From the NCBI GenBank assembly GCA_033764955.1, contig JANRIL010000048.1:73267-137266 (forward strand): a stretch of DNA of 64,000 bases, in the 5' to 3' direction. The translations under genes were made by a program, and so were the position numbers. This document shows, piece by piece, positions 1-9,968 of the stretch. This DNA is from Cyanobacteriota bacterium. GTDB lineage: Bacteria; Cyanobacteriota; Cyanobacteriia; Thermostichales; Thermostichaceae. The notes beneath the pieces were generated by a model that had not been told where the DNA came from, did not search any database, and saw nothing but the letters and a program-made list of their open reading frames with translations. Each line of letters opens with the position of its first letter. Position 1 is the stretch's first letter.

Positions 1-1038
1 GTAATTGGCACAGTAGTAGTGATAAGCCACTTGATAGTTTTTTATATTTAGGCTAAGAACCCGAATGGGTTTAGAGGGATGCATCATACCCCATAGTAAA
101 GCCGTCTGTTGCCAGGATATTTTTATCTTTGAAATAGAATGAACAACTAAATCATATTCTGGCTGTTGAGCAAGATATTCGGGTAAAAGGTTATGCAGAA
201 ACTTTAAGCCAACTTGCAACGATAGCAAAGTATGGGAGCAGGTTGCTATTTGGATTAACTCGTGCCAGTTAATAGATTCAGAATGAGCAAAAATCATGCA
301 AGCATCTGCAATCCATCGTAGAGGTGGAACATCATTCCATGCCAATCCATGTGAGATAACATGTAATAGCAAATCTATTTTATTGAGAGTTTGAATTTCC
401 CTCCCTTGGAAGTAAGCTGTTTTTGCTCTTTGCCAAGGATCATAACCGGGAAACAGAAACCAATGTAGATCAATCTCATAACCATATTGATTATGAAATG
501 CTATAGAACCAAACCGATATTGAATCATATCCTTAGGAGTTTCGTTTATTCGATTCATGATTTCCGGATATTTAATATGCCAGCCAGCATTTAACAAAAT
601 ATTGATAGCCAGAGTAATAGAATTAGATGGAATCAAGATATCAATATCCTGCATCGGACGAAAGCAAGGGCTAGAGTAAAAACCATCTGCCACTAGGGAA
701 AATCCCTTAAGAAACAGTATGGGTATACCTTGATGTTCCATTACGTCAATAACTTGTTGAGCAAAATAAAATAGGAGTTGATTACTAAAAGAAGCTTTAC
801 GGCGGATGCCTCTTAATTTCTGAGTTAAATCATCCCGAATGGAACAACTTTCAAGGTTATATGATAAAAGTGGAATTAATTTCAAACTACCTGCATCAAG
901 GTTGTCAATGCTTTCATATTGACGCCATGTTGTCCAGGCTGACCCTACTTGTTTGGGATCCCTTGATAGTGCTGCCGTCAAGAGAAGCTTCTGGCTAGAA
1001 TTGGGCAGGCTGTTACCTTGATAATTTCTAGTTTTCAT
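1..1038 (-). CDS. Nucleotidyltransferase family protein (NTP_transf_5-like), runs off the window edge
   Basis: Not in the ORF track. Hand translation from the ATG at 1038 gives MKTRNYQGNSLPNSSQKLLLTAAL...IPILFLKGFSL...FRPMQDIDILIP, with the LKG...R-M-DID motif. The frame is still open at position 1 and the start overlaps the GT2 stop. Confidence 0.8.
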   Translation of the reverse strand, partial: MKTRNYQGNSLPNSSQKLLLTAALSRDPKQVGSAWTTWRQYESIDNLDAGSLKLIPLLSYNLESCSIRDDLTQKLRGIRRKASFSNQLLFYFAQQVIDVMEHQGIPILFLKGFSLVADGFYSSPCFRPMQDIDILIPSNSITLAINILLNAGWHIKYPEIMNRINETPKDMIQYRFGSIAFHNQYGYEIDLHWFLFPGYDPWQRAKTAYFQGREIQTLNKIDLLLHVISHGLAWNDVPPLRWIADACMIFAHSESINWHELIQIATCSHTLLSLQVGLKFLHNLLPEYLAQQPEYDLVVHSISKIKISWQQTALLWGMMHPSKPIRVLSLNIKNYQVAYHYYCANY

Positions 1039-1726
1039 GCCAACCTCGCCGCCGATCTAAGATCTTTTTGAGGATTCCTGGAAAATATTTTGGGGCAGGA
1101 TCTCGTCGGCACAAGTTATTCTGATGCACCCGCCGCAACAGAACAGTTTGAGGCAACATCATTTCAACAAGTTTTTGGTCTTGAGCACGGGCATACCAAT
1201 CCATAAAAAATCCACTATCAAAATCACCTATCTTCTCAAAAGAACAACGGTTGATCAGCATTGCCCCTCGTAGATAGCCACAGACAGGTTGCTCGTTAAC
1301 TTTTAGTTTAGAACGCTCCTGTTCACTTAGATCTGGGCTAATAAATTGCTGTACATGACCAAAAACCATATCAACGTCTGGATTCTTCTGCATGGCATCT
1401 ATTTGTGCAGATAGCTTTCGAGGCAGCCAAATATCATCAGCATCGATAAAAGCTAAATAATTTCCCTGAGCCAGACGGATCCCTTGTTTAAGAGCTTCGG
1501 AGGCGCTATCTTTTGACTCCCAACATCCCTGCTTAACATAGTGAACAGGTTCTCCAAATGATTGAACAATAGAAGCAGATTGATCTGTAGAAAAATCATC
1601 AACAACAATAACCTCTAAAACAGGATAATCCTGATCAAGAATAGATTGTATAGCATCACGAATATAAAGCTCACCATTATACATGGGTATAACAACACTA
1701 ACTTGGAATAGGTTGGATAAGTGCAT
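1028..1726 (-). CDS. Glycosyltransferase family 2 (GT-A)
   Basis: VSVVIPMYN, VIVVDDFSTD and AFIDADDIW motifs. Confidence 0.9.
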   Translation of the reverse strand: MHLSNLFQVSVVIPMYNGELYIRDAIQSILDQDYPVLEVIVVDDFSTDQSASIVQSFGEPVHYVKQGCWESKDSASEALKQGIRLAQGNYLAFIDADDIWLPRKLSAQIDAMQKNPDVDMVFGHVQQFISPDLSEQERSKLKVNEQPVCGYLRGAMLINRCSFEKIGDFDSGFFMDWYARAQDQKLVEMMLPQTVLLRRVHQNNLCRRDPAPKYFPGILKKILDRRRGWHEN

Positions 1727-1764
1727 ATCTAAAGTTCACAACTAAGATGTGGTGAGAGGTTCAG

Positions 1765-2658
1765 TTAATTCAACCAGCTTGATAGATCAGTTTGTATCAA
1801 ATCCTGAAGATGAAGAATGTCATCACGAAAATATTCAGTAAGTTCTCCTCTCATATCCAAATCTAGGGGAGGAATGGTTTGTTTGGGTAAATAATGAGAT
1901 AGGCGGAGAGGCCATTGTACATAAGGTTCAAGTTCAGGGTTAAACATTGTTCTTCCATGAATGAATACAAAAGCTTTTCTGTATAAGAGGTTACCAAAAA
2001 GAATTTGACCTAAGAGAGGAAACTTGGGGATCCAGCCCGGATTTGAGTGAGGAAACTTTATGTCAAAAGATGAGATTGATAGAAAGGAAAAGATTTTTTC
2101 AAGAATTGCAACTTGTTTTTCTTGAACGTGTGTGGTTAAATCCTCAAATAAAATGGGCAAAACTTGGTCTTTATCAAAAAGATTGTAATATCGTTTGAGG
2201 CAACTGAAGTACATGCCTCGTGCTCTATAATTAAAAGGACCCGCCTCTGAGCTATTCTTCATCGCCAAATAGAAATCTAAACCAGACTCTCTACCTAAAC
2301 GAACTTCATGGTTAAAGTGAGCATAAGCCCGATCAACAGGATGACGAAGAGTAGCTAGAAGTTTCACCTGAGGGATGAGTTTATTAATGCGCTGGGGAGC
2401 GTTAGGGCAAGAAAGATATGCAGTTGTTGCTTCTCCACATAGCTGACCCTCTTTAGCCTCCTCAAAAAACTGACTATACTTTCTCACTTCTGGGGTAGAC
2501 ATTAGATTATGATTTTGCCAGCATGGTAAGTCTTTATTAAAAAATCGAAGCTCCTTAATTTGACTCATATAAATATCGGGATGTTGGGCAAGAAAGTGGT
2601 ATAGGGATGAACTGCCTGCTTTATGTGCACCAATAACTAACAGATTCGGCAGTTTCAT
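1765..2658 (-). CDS. PAPS-dependent sulfotransferase
   Basis: 5'-PSB loop GAHKAGSSSL, HPDI, and 3'-PB motif LRHPVDRAYAHF. Confidence 0.9.
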   Translation of the reverse strand: MKLPNLLVIGAHKAGSSSLYHFLAQHPDIYMSQIKELRFFNKDLPCWQNHNLMSTPEVRKYSQFFEEAKEGQLCGEATTAYLSCPNAPQRINKLIPQVKLLATLRHPVDRAYAHFNHEVRLGRESGLDFYLAMKNSSEAGPFNYRARGMYFSCLKRYYNLFDKDQVLPILFEDLTTHVQEKQVAILEKIFSFLSISSFDIKFPHSNPGWIPKFPLLGQILFGNLLYRKAFVFIHGRTMFNPELEPYVQWPLRLSHYLPKQTIPPLDLDMRGELTEYFRDDILHLQDLIQTDLSSWLN

Positions 2659-3800
2659 GGAAATCCTTCTCCGTCCAATTGCTGATAAATGCGGCTAAAA
2701 GTGCTAGCACAACGATCTAAACTGAATATTTCTATGGAGCGGCGACGGGCTGCTAGACCCATATTTTCTGCAATTTGTGGATGCTCAAGCAGATGAATAA
2801 CTGAGGATACTAACCCTTGCTGATCATCTCGCTCAATCAGTAAGCCCGTTTCATTGTCCACAACAATTTCTGGGATCCCACCATCTCGCGTGGCAACAAT
2901 TGGTCTTGCCATCTGAGCTGCTTGCAGAGCCACAAGACCAAAAGGTTCATTCCAACGAGAGGGCATTAAAATTATGCTAACAGAGTTTAGCAATGCGGCT
3001 ACCTTATCTTTTTCAACCCATCCTAAAAATTTAACTTGGTTGCTAATCTCTAAAGCCTCAACAAGATCAACTAAAGCAGGCATTTCTGGTCCACCGCCTG
3101 CAATGATCAGTTGACAATCTGGAATTTTTTTTAAAATTGAGGGCATAGCTTTTATTGCTAAATCAAATCCTTTATGTGGAACAATACGACCCAAACATAA
3201 TAGCTTAGGGGGACTAAAAGTAATTGTTTCGGGGATAGCATCAGGAATATAAAGACCATTATAGACAAGTTCAGCCTTATGAGAGATTTCGGGGAAAACC
3301 GCTAAAAAATCCTTCATGAGTGATTCTGATACGGCAGTTATTCGCTGAGCTTTACTTAAAACCTTTGTAATTATGGACTCCGAGTTGATTGTAATTTCAG
3401 GGTGAAAAATTGGATTAAGTGGTGAATGAAGAGAATAAAGAATAGGTATATCCTTGATTTTTGACATCCTTATTATTCTTTCAAAAAAGAATATACTTGG
3501 AGATTGAGTATTAACATGTAAGATATTAGGATTAAACTTAACGATGATCTCACAAATTATTGTAATTAGATCTTTCATTCTCTTGAGATCATGATCATCG
3601 AGGATTTTACGAAATGGGAAACGATGTACGGAAAGATTAGTATTGGTGCTGTCTGGAAGATCTGATTTACGAACTTTGTTGGAGGTAATAACGCAAAACT
3701 GATGCCCCTGTTGACAGAGGTAAGTGATCAGATCAGATGATAGGATCTCAACTCCTCCAATGTCTGGGAAAAATTGCTCGGACCAGTAAAGCACTTTCAT
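2655..3800 (-). CDS. Glycosyltransferase family 4 (GT-B)
   Basis: GGVE N-terminal motif, LGRIVPHKG, EPFGLVALQA, GGIPEIV. Confidence 0.9.
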   Translation of the reverse strand: MKVLYWSEQFFPDIGGVEILSSDLITYLCQQGHQFCVITSNKVRKSDLPDSTNTNLSVHRFPFRKILDDHDLKRMKDLITIICEIIVKFNPNILHVNTQSPSIFFFERIIRMSKIKDIPILYSLHSPLNPIFHPEITINSESIITKVLSKAQRITAVSESLMKDFLAVFPEISHKAELVYNGLYIPDAIPETITFSPPKLLCLGRIVPHKGFDLAIKAMPSILKKIPDCQLIIAGGGPEMPALVDLVEALEISNQVKFLGWVEKDKVAALLNSVSIILMPSRWNEPFGLVALQAAQMARPIVATRDGGIPEIVVDNETGLLIERDDQQGLVSSVIHLLEHPQIAENMGLAARRRSIEIFSLDRCASTFSRIYQQLDGEGFP

Positions 3801-3802
3801 AG

Positions 3803-4915
3803 CTAACTTAATAATAAATCAAAAACACACTGGTAAACTGCTTTTAGATCCTGCCCAACCTTAAACTGATAAACAGGCAACTGCTTAACTAGCTTACCTA
3901 TACTTGTGAAAGTCCAATCCCTTGATCCGGCTAAGGATGTTAGAATTCTTAAGGTGCTAGGGGCTAGGGTACGGATCCCTTGAGTCGGGCTAGCAAGTAT
4001 TAGCTGACTAGAATGACTATCCACGATTTGTGGCATCAGTATAGCTTTAATTGGTAATGAAGGCATAACTCTCTCAGGGGTATGTTGTGCAGTGAATAAC
4101 ACTGCTTTCTCGTGATCCCAAAAAGAGAAAGAAGGTAGCGGTTGATCCAATCTTTCAAAGAGTTTTTGACTGTTAAGAGAAAGTTTTCCTGTGTTGTATA
4201 AGCTAAAAACTCTTGGATCAGGTTCTAATGAAACCATACAAAAATCATCACTGATATAGTTCATACCCTGATGCCAGCAAGCTAAGGCAGTGGTTGACTT
4301 ACCAGCTCCACCATCTCCTACAATTAAAATACAGCTCTGTGAAGTGCCAACTGCCGCAGCGTGCAAAAAAAACAACTGTTTCCTTTCTAGCCACCAGAGC
4401 AGTATCCTAACAAGCGGTGCAGCTCTTTCATAACTAATATCATAATTCTCAAAATCATGGATGCTTTCCATCCAAAATATGCCCTGCTGAGAGCGGAAAT
4501 CTAAGATATTGATGACTTTAGGTTGAGTGCCAATTGTTACTTTAATGTGATCTTTACAATTGTTCGCAACTTGTCCCGCACTCCAATAGTCAGCATGAGA
4601 AATTCCCAGGCTAGGTATAGCCATATTTGTTGAGTGGGCATCCCAGATAAAAATGGTCAAGGCAGGCTGACTTGACTGGGATGAGCTTTCTTGATCCGAT
4701 GGTTTCCATGATAGATGGGCAAAAGCAGGTGTGAGGCAGTCAACCAATGATGAACCAATAAAGTTTAACTGAATATGGTAGCCAGCTATTAAGTAGTTTT
4801 TTACCGTTATGTCAGAAATGTCCCTGATTTTTTGAAATTGCTCAGTGACTGCCCAATATACTTTATGACTAGGGTCATATTCTGACATAATCAATTTTTG
4901 GTTACGATCGGCCAC
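3803..4915 (-). CDS. HPr kinase-related P-loop kinase
   Basis: LHAAAV...GDGGAGKSTT (Walker A)...YISDD signature of HprK-like kinases. Confidence 0.8.
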   Translation of the reverse strand: MADRNQKLIMSEYDPSHKVYWAVTEQFQKIRDISDITVKNYLIAGYHIQLNFIGSSLVDCLTPAFAHLSWKPSDQESSSQSSQPALTIFIWDAHSTNMAIPSLGISHADYWSAGQVANNCKDHIKVTIGTQPKVINILDFRSQQGIFWMESIHDFENYDISYERAAPLVRILLWWLERKQLFFLHAAAVGTSQSCILIVGDGGAGKSTTALACWHQGMNYISDDFCMVSLEPDPRVFSLYNTGKLSLNSQKLFERLDQPLPSFSFWDHEKAVLFTAQHTPERVMPSLPIKAILMPQIVDSHSSQLILASPTQGIRTLAPSTLRILTSLAGSRDWTFTSIGKLVKQLPVYQFKVGQDLKAVYQCVFDLLLS

Positions 4916-5328
4916 CCATCCTCGCCAACCTCATGAATGGGATCAAGGACAAGTAGATGCTGCATGTCAGCATAGCATTCTAACTTTGGAGCCTCGTAGA
5001 CGATTTTTGTAGTTTCAGTAGTGGTAAGATTAGTAGCTAGTTCATCTGAAAGGCTATCTTTCATGATAATAAGTTGATACTCGTGTAGATGATCCAAAAA
5101 TGTTTTTACATCAGAAGCAAACCCAAGTGGAGGATCCCTGAAAACCTGGGGTATTTTACTAATGAGTTCATCCAGTGATATTCCCTCTTCCAGAAATCTC
5201 CAAATTTGTGTTCCTGACTGATTCAGACTAAAATAAAGACCTGTTTCTAGATAAACAACAATAACTTCATCTCCGAAGTCTTCATAGCTGATTGCGGTGG
5301 AATTAATGAGCACAGTTTTGACATCCAT
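4891..5328 (-). CDS. PqqD/RRE-family protein with C-terminal YxxPxL...DPIH...GWP extension
   Basis: EVIVVYLETGLYFSLNQSGTQIWRFL...DVKTFLDHLHEYQLI is a typical PqqD/RRE pattern. Confidence 0.85.
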   Translation of the reverse strand: MDVKTVLINSTAISYEDFGDEVIVVYLETGLYFSLNQSGTQIWRFLEEGISLDELISKIPQVFRDPPLGFASDVKTFLDHLHEYQLIIMKDSLSDELATNLTTTETTKIVYEAPKLECYADMQHLLVLDPIHEVGEDGWPIVTKN

Positions 5329-5871
5329 ATTTCTTGAGCTTAGTAAAAACGGAGCATCATTAATCCTTTATTAGCTTCTTGCAGGCGCTAGCGTGGTGAG
5401 CAATTTCTGAATGACTTCGCTTGCTTATGGCAATGTATATTCAGTAAAACTCGGAAGAAGTCAATATCCTACAAACACTAATACCTCAGATGATCAATAG
5501 ATGCAACCGTCTTGAACCAATAAAATTTGAACAAGGTGAATATGCAGAAGCACATCGTGCCAATAGGTGAGTTTCTTTTAATCTCGATGACACCTCTGTT
5601 CAGAATCTTGAGAGGTTCCAATAGTTCTGAAGCTCCTGGTAGACTTACGTTTAAGCTTCTTGAACAGGTAGTTGAGGATGATCAAGGGTTAGTTGGTTGG
5701 CTAGGAGAAGAATGTCGAGGGCAACCTACCCTAGTAGCTCCCCCTATAATCCCCTTCCCTGGCTAGTTTTCTGGCATTCGGTCATCAAACTAGCTGACAT
5801 TCTTACCAATCTGCTCTAATCTAGCGGACAGCCCACGTTTCACAAAACGCTAGGAACAAAGGATCGGGATT

Positions 5872-7023
5872 ATGGCAGAAGGGGAGTACAAGCCGGGGTT
5901 AGAGGGGGTGCCTGCTACTAGCTCGAACATCAGTTTTGTGGATGGGCAAGTCGGATTGTTGGAATATCGCGGGATCCCGATTACCGAACTCACCACCCAT
6001 AGTACCTTTTTAGAAACGGCGCATCTGCTGATCTATGATCACCTACCCACTCAGACCGATCTGGAAGAATTTGAACAGGCTATTGTTGGGCATCGTCGCG
6101 TCAAGTACCGAATCATCGACATGATCAAATCCTTTCCTGAATCTGGTCACCCGATGGACGCCTTGCAAACCTGTGTGGCTGCCTTGGGTTTATTTTATCC
6201 GATTCAAGAATATTCCCATGATTATGTATTTGGCACCGTAACTCGCCTGCTAGCCAAAGTTCCCACTTTAGTGGCTGCCTTTCATCAAATGCGGCAAGGC
6301 AACGATCCGATTCCTCCCCGCGATGATCTGGATCATTCCGCTAATTTTCTCTATATGCTTTCGGGGCAAGTTCCGGATCCGGCACTGTCTAAAATTTTTG
6401 ATACCTGCTTGATCATGCACGCCGAACATACGGTGAATGCCTCCACCTTTGCTTTATTGGTGACGGCTTCCACATTAGCCAATCCTTATAGCGCGATTGC
6501 TTCTGCCATTGGCACCCTCTCTGGACAATTGCATGGGGGTGCCAATGAACAGGTGATGGTGATGCTGCGACAAATTGGTTCGGTAGAAAATGTTCGCCCC
6601 TTTATTGAGGAGAAACTAGCTAAAAAACAAAAGATTATGGGGATTGGCCATCGGGTCTACAAAGTTAAAGATCCGCGAGCGATCATTCTACAAAAGTTTG
6701 CGGAAGCGATGTTCACCGGCAAGGAACATAGCAAATTTTATGACATTGCTTTAGAGGTGGAAAAGGTCTGTGAGGAATTGGTGGGAGCCAAAGGCATTTA
6801 TCCCAACGTCGATTTTTATTCCGGTTTGGTCTATGCCAAGTTAGGGATCCCGGAGGATTTGTTTACCCCTGTATTTGCTATTTCGCGGGTGGCTGGATGG
6901 TTAGCCCATTGGCGGGAGCAGCTCTCCGATAACCGTCTTTTCCGCCCTACCCAGGTTTATACCGGATTGCGGGATCAATCTTATGTTCCCTTGGCAGAGC
7001 GGGTTTATCCGACTTCGGCATGA
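5872..7023 (+). CDS. gltA: Citrate synthase
   Basis: GLEGV, HAEHTVNASTF, LHGGANE, GIGHRVYK and YPNVDFYSG motifs. Confidence 0.97.
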   Translation: MAEGEYKPGLEGVPATSSNISFVDGQVGLLEYRGIPITELTTHSTFLETAHLLIYDHLPTQTDLEEFEQAIVGHRRVKYRIIDMIKSFPESGHPMDALQTCVAALGLFYPIQEYSHDYVFGTVTRLLAKVPTLVAAFHQMRQGNDPIPPRDDLDHSANFLYMLSGQVPDPALSKIFDTCLIMHAEHTVNASTFALLVTASTLANPYSAIASAIGTLSGQLHGGANEQVMVMLRQIGSVENVRPFIEEKLAKKQKIMGIGHRVYKVKDPRAIILQKFAEAMFTGKEHSKFYDIALEVEKVCEELVGAKGIYPNVDFYSGLVYAKLGIPEDLFTPVFAISRVAGWLAHWREQLSDNRLFRPTQVYTGLRDQSYVPLAERVYPTSA

Positions 7024-7772
7024 TCTGGCTGATTGGGGGAACCCAAGAAAGTAGGGCAATTGCTCATCTGCTGGATGGGGCAGCTTATCCCTGGGTTGTC
7101 ACCGTCACAACCCCCACGGCTACTCGACTTTATCAAGGGTGTAAGGGATCCCTTTGGGTGGGATGTTTGGATACCCAATCGCTGGATAAGTTTTTGCTCC
7201 AATACTCTATCCAATGGATTGTAGATGCCTCCCACCCCTTTGCTACCCAAATTTCCCAGTTGGCTATCCAAGCGGCTCAGCACCATCAGTTGCCCTATTT
7301 GCGGTTTGAACGACCCTACTTACCCGTTAACTCGCAGGTGGAGGTTGTTCCCGATTGGCCAGCCCTTTTGCAGGATGATTATTTATGTCACCGACGTATT
7401 TTATTAACCGTTGGCGTGAAGGCTTTGCCCTATTTTTTGCCCTGGTTAATCGCTAGTCAATTTTGGGCGAGAATCCTGCCTTCCTCTCTAGGGCAAGCCA
7501 TGGCGATGGGGTTCTCAAGGGAACAGTTGATTCCTTTGCGGCTACCCCTTACACTGACTCAAGAAATCGACCTCTGGCGGGACTTAGCAGTTGATACCGT
7601 TATCACAAAATCATCGGGAGAAAGTGGAGGACTTGCCATTAAACAGGCGGCAGCCACTCAACTGGGGGTGAGATTATTAGTAGTTGAACGCCCTCCCTTG
7701 CTATACCCTCAACAAACTTCCAAATTCGATACTGTTTTAGCTTTTTGTCGGGATCCCTTTTCATTCACTTAG
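7020..7772 (+). CDS. cobK: Precorrin-6A/cobalt-precorrin-6A reductase
   Basis: IWLIGGTQES, VDASHPFA, YLRFERP, ITKSSGESGG. Confidence 0.93.
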   Translation: MIWLIGGTQESRAIAHLLDGAAYPWVVTVTTPTATRLYQGCKGSLWVGCLDTQSLDKFLLQYSIQWIVDASHPFATQISQLAIQAAQHHQLPYLRFERPYLPVNSQVEVVPDWPALLQDDYLCHRRILLTVGVKALPYFLPWLIASQFWARILPSSLGQAMAMGFSREQLIPLRLPLTLTQEIDLWRDLAVDTVITKSSGESGGLAIKQAAATQLGVRLLVVERPPLLYPQQTSKFDTVLAFCRDPFSFT

Positions 7773-7854
7773 CAATTTCCCTCCACCTCGATGGATCAAG
7801 CGATACCCTGGAGGGGTAAACTTTTGTAGCTGCTGGGTGTCGAGTTTAACTGCC

Positions 7855-9249
7855 ATGAGAGAAAAACCCTTGCGAGTTGTGATCGTTCGCCACGGTGAAA
7901 GCACCTTCAATATCGAAAAACGCATCCAGGGGCGCTCCGATCAGGCGGTGCTGACGAATCACGGCCAAACCCAAGCCCAAGCGGTCGCCCAAGCTCTCGC
8001 TCCGCTGCCTATTCATCTGGCCTTCAGTAGCCCCCTGCAACGGGCGCAGCGAACCGCCCAGATCATCCTGGCGGAACGTGACGGCATCCCTTTCGTCAGC
8101 ACCGATCTCTTGCGGGAGATTGATCTGACGGCCTGGGAGGGATTGACTTTTGCCGAGGTCAAGCAAAAATTTCCAGAGGATCATCAACGCTGGCGCTACC
8201 ATCCCCATTTGCTGTCTCTCCACCAACGCTATCCGGTGGTCGATCTCTGGCAACAGGCTCAAGACTTTTGGACTTATCTTGGGCAGGAAATGGAGAAGAT
8301 CTCGCCTAATGGGGATGAAGAGTCGGATCCGTCCCCCATGACCATTTTGGTTGTCGGACACAGTGGCATCAACCGCGCCTTGATCGGGGCAAGCACGGGC
8401 ATTCATTGCCAGCACTACCACCGCTTCGGGCAGGATAACTGTGCCCTATCAATTCTGAACTTTCCCCACGGTTTAAACCATCCCGCCCAGTTAGAGTCCC
8501 TCAACCTCACCCATCATTTAGGGGATCCCTTGCCCCAATCAAAAGGGGGATTGCGTTTGCTGTTAGTGCGCCACGGGGAGACTCAGTGGAACCGTGAACA
8601 ACGCTTTCAGGGACAAAAAGATATCCCCCTCAATGCCACCGGAGAGGAGCAGGCGCAGCAAGTCGGCGCTTTTTTGGCATCCCAGTCCATTGATCTGGCT
8701 TTTTCTAGCCCTTTGTTGCGCCCTTGGGCAACCGCTATGGCCATTTGCCAGCAACATGCTAGCCAGTTGGGATCCCCCTTAGATCTGGTGCCTTTGCCCG
8801 ATTTACAAGAAATCTGTCATGGAGAGTGGGAGGGCAAACTGCAAAGGGAGATTGAAGCGGAATATCCTGGGCTACTGGAACAATGGCAGCAGGCTCCCGC
8901 GACGGTGGATATGCCCTGCGGAGAAAATCTGCAACAGGTTTGGCAACGCGCTCAACAAGCCTGGAATACCATCTTGGAAAAGTCGGCTCAAACCCTAGCC
9001 AACCCATCAGCGGAGAGTCCCCATCTGACTACGCTGGTGGTCGCCCACGATGCCATCAACAAAGCAATTCTCTGTCAGCTTTTTGATCGTTCCCCAGAAG
9101 CGTTTTGGCTATTTAAGCAAGGGAATGGGGCCGTCACAGTGATTGACTATCCTGAAGGGGCAGAAGGGTTTCCTGTCCTGCGTTGCCTGAATATCACCAG
9201 TCATCTAACGGGGGGAGTCTTAGACAGCACCGCTGCCGGAGCCTTATAA
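7855..9249 (+). CDS. Tandem histidine phosphatase (PGM-family, phosphoserine phosphatase-like)
   Basis: Two RHG domains (IVRHGES, LVRHGET); C-terminal LDSTAAGAL as in the cyanobacterial family. Confidence 0.9.
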   Translation: MREKPLRVVIVRHGESTFNIEKRIQGRSDQAVLTNHGQTQAQAVAQALAPLPIHLAFSSPLQRAQRTAQIILAERDGIPFVSTDLLREIDLTAWEGLTFAEVKQKFPEDHQRWRYHPHLLSLHQRYPVVDLWQQAQDFWTYLGQEMEKISPNGDEESDPSPMTILVVGHSGINRALIGASTGIHCQHYHRFGQDNCALSILNFPHGLNHPAQLESLNLTHHLGDPLPQSKGGLRLLLVRHGETQWNREQRFQGQKDIPLNATGEEQAQQVGAFLASQSIDLAFSSPLLRPWATAMAICQQHASQLGSPLDLVPLPDLQEICHGEWEGKLQREIEAEYPGLLEQWQQAPATVDMPCGENLQQVWQRAQQAWNTILEKSAQTLANPSAESPHLTTLVVAHDAINKAILCQLFDRSPEAFWLFKQGNGAVTVIDYPEGAEGFPVLRCLNITSHLTGGVLDSTAAGAL

Positions 9250-9282
9250 GATTTTTTCGAGGAGCGAGCAGCCAACCATCTC

Positions 9283-9968
9283 TCAATCGGATCCCAAATG
9301 ACCCAGCGCGGCGATGACTTGCTTGGGCAAATCCAATGGGGATCCCGAATTATCAATCACCCGATCCGCTTGGGGAATTTTTTGGCTGAGGGGCCACTGA
9401 CTGAGCAGACGGTTCTGAAGATCGGCTGGCGAGAGATCAGGATCCCGTTTTTGCAAGCGCTCTCGCTGTTGGGCTGCCGTACAGATAACCAACCAAATTT
9501 CGTTGACCAAATCAGTCATATTGGCTTCAAAAAGTAGTGGGATCATCAAGCAAACGGTTGGGGCGCTAGCATAATGGTTCAAAAAAAAAACAACTCCTGT
9601 CGGACAACGGGATGAATTTGCTCCTCCAACCAACGGCGCTGTTCAGGATTAGCAAAAATGGTTTGCCCCAAAGCGCGGCGATTTAGGGATCCCTGCTCAT
9701 CAAGAATCTCAGTGCCAAAATGCTGGATCACCCGTTGCTCAATCAGGGATCCGCGGGTGAGTGCCTGTCGCGCCAATTGATCCGCATCCGCCAAGGGGAT
9801 CCCTTGCTGCCGAAGCAACTGGGCGACGGTTGATTTGCCCGTAGCAATGCCTCCGGTTAACCCAATGATCCGTTGGGGAGCGGGTTGTTTCGACAACCAT
9901 TCAGAGGATTTCAAGGGGGCAGTTAAGGAGGTGCTATCCACCATCCCTTGCCAATCGACGGATTTCAT
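9283..9968 (-). CDS. coaE: Dephospho-CoA kinase, split by a frameshift at the A10 run 9581-9590
   Basis: N-half IGLTGGIATGKST...DAD...LEEQIHP and C-half IPLLFE...QWPLSQK..ADRVIDNSG lie in different frames. Confidence 0.85.

Noticed and set aside
5329..5871. Search for a separate RiPP precursor ORF upstream of the PqqD gene, including ORF 5527-5766
   Set aside because: No short ORF with a leader-like motif found on either strand; the 79-aa ORF has a TTG start and no recognisable features.
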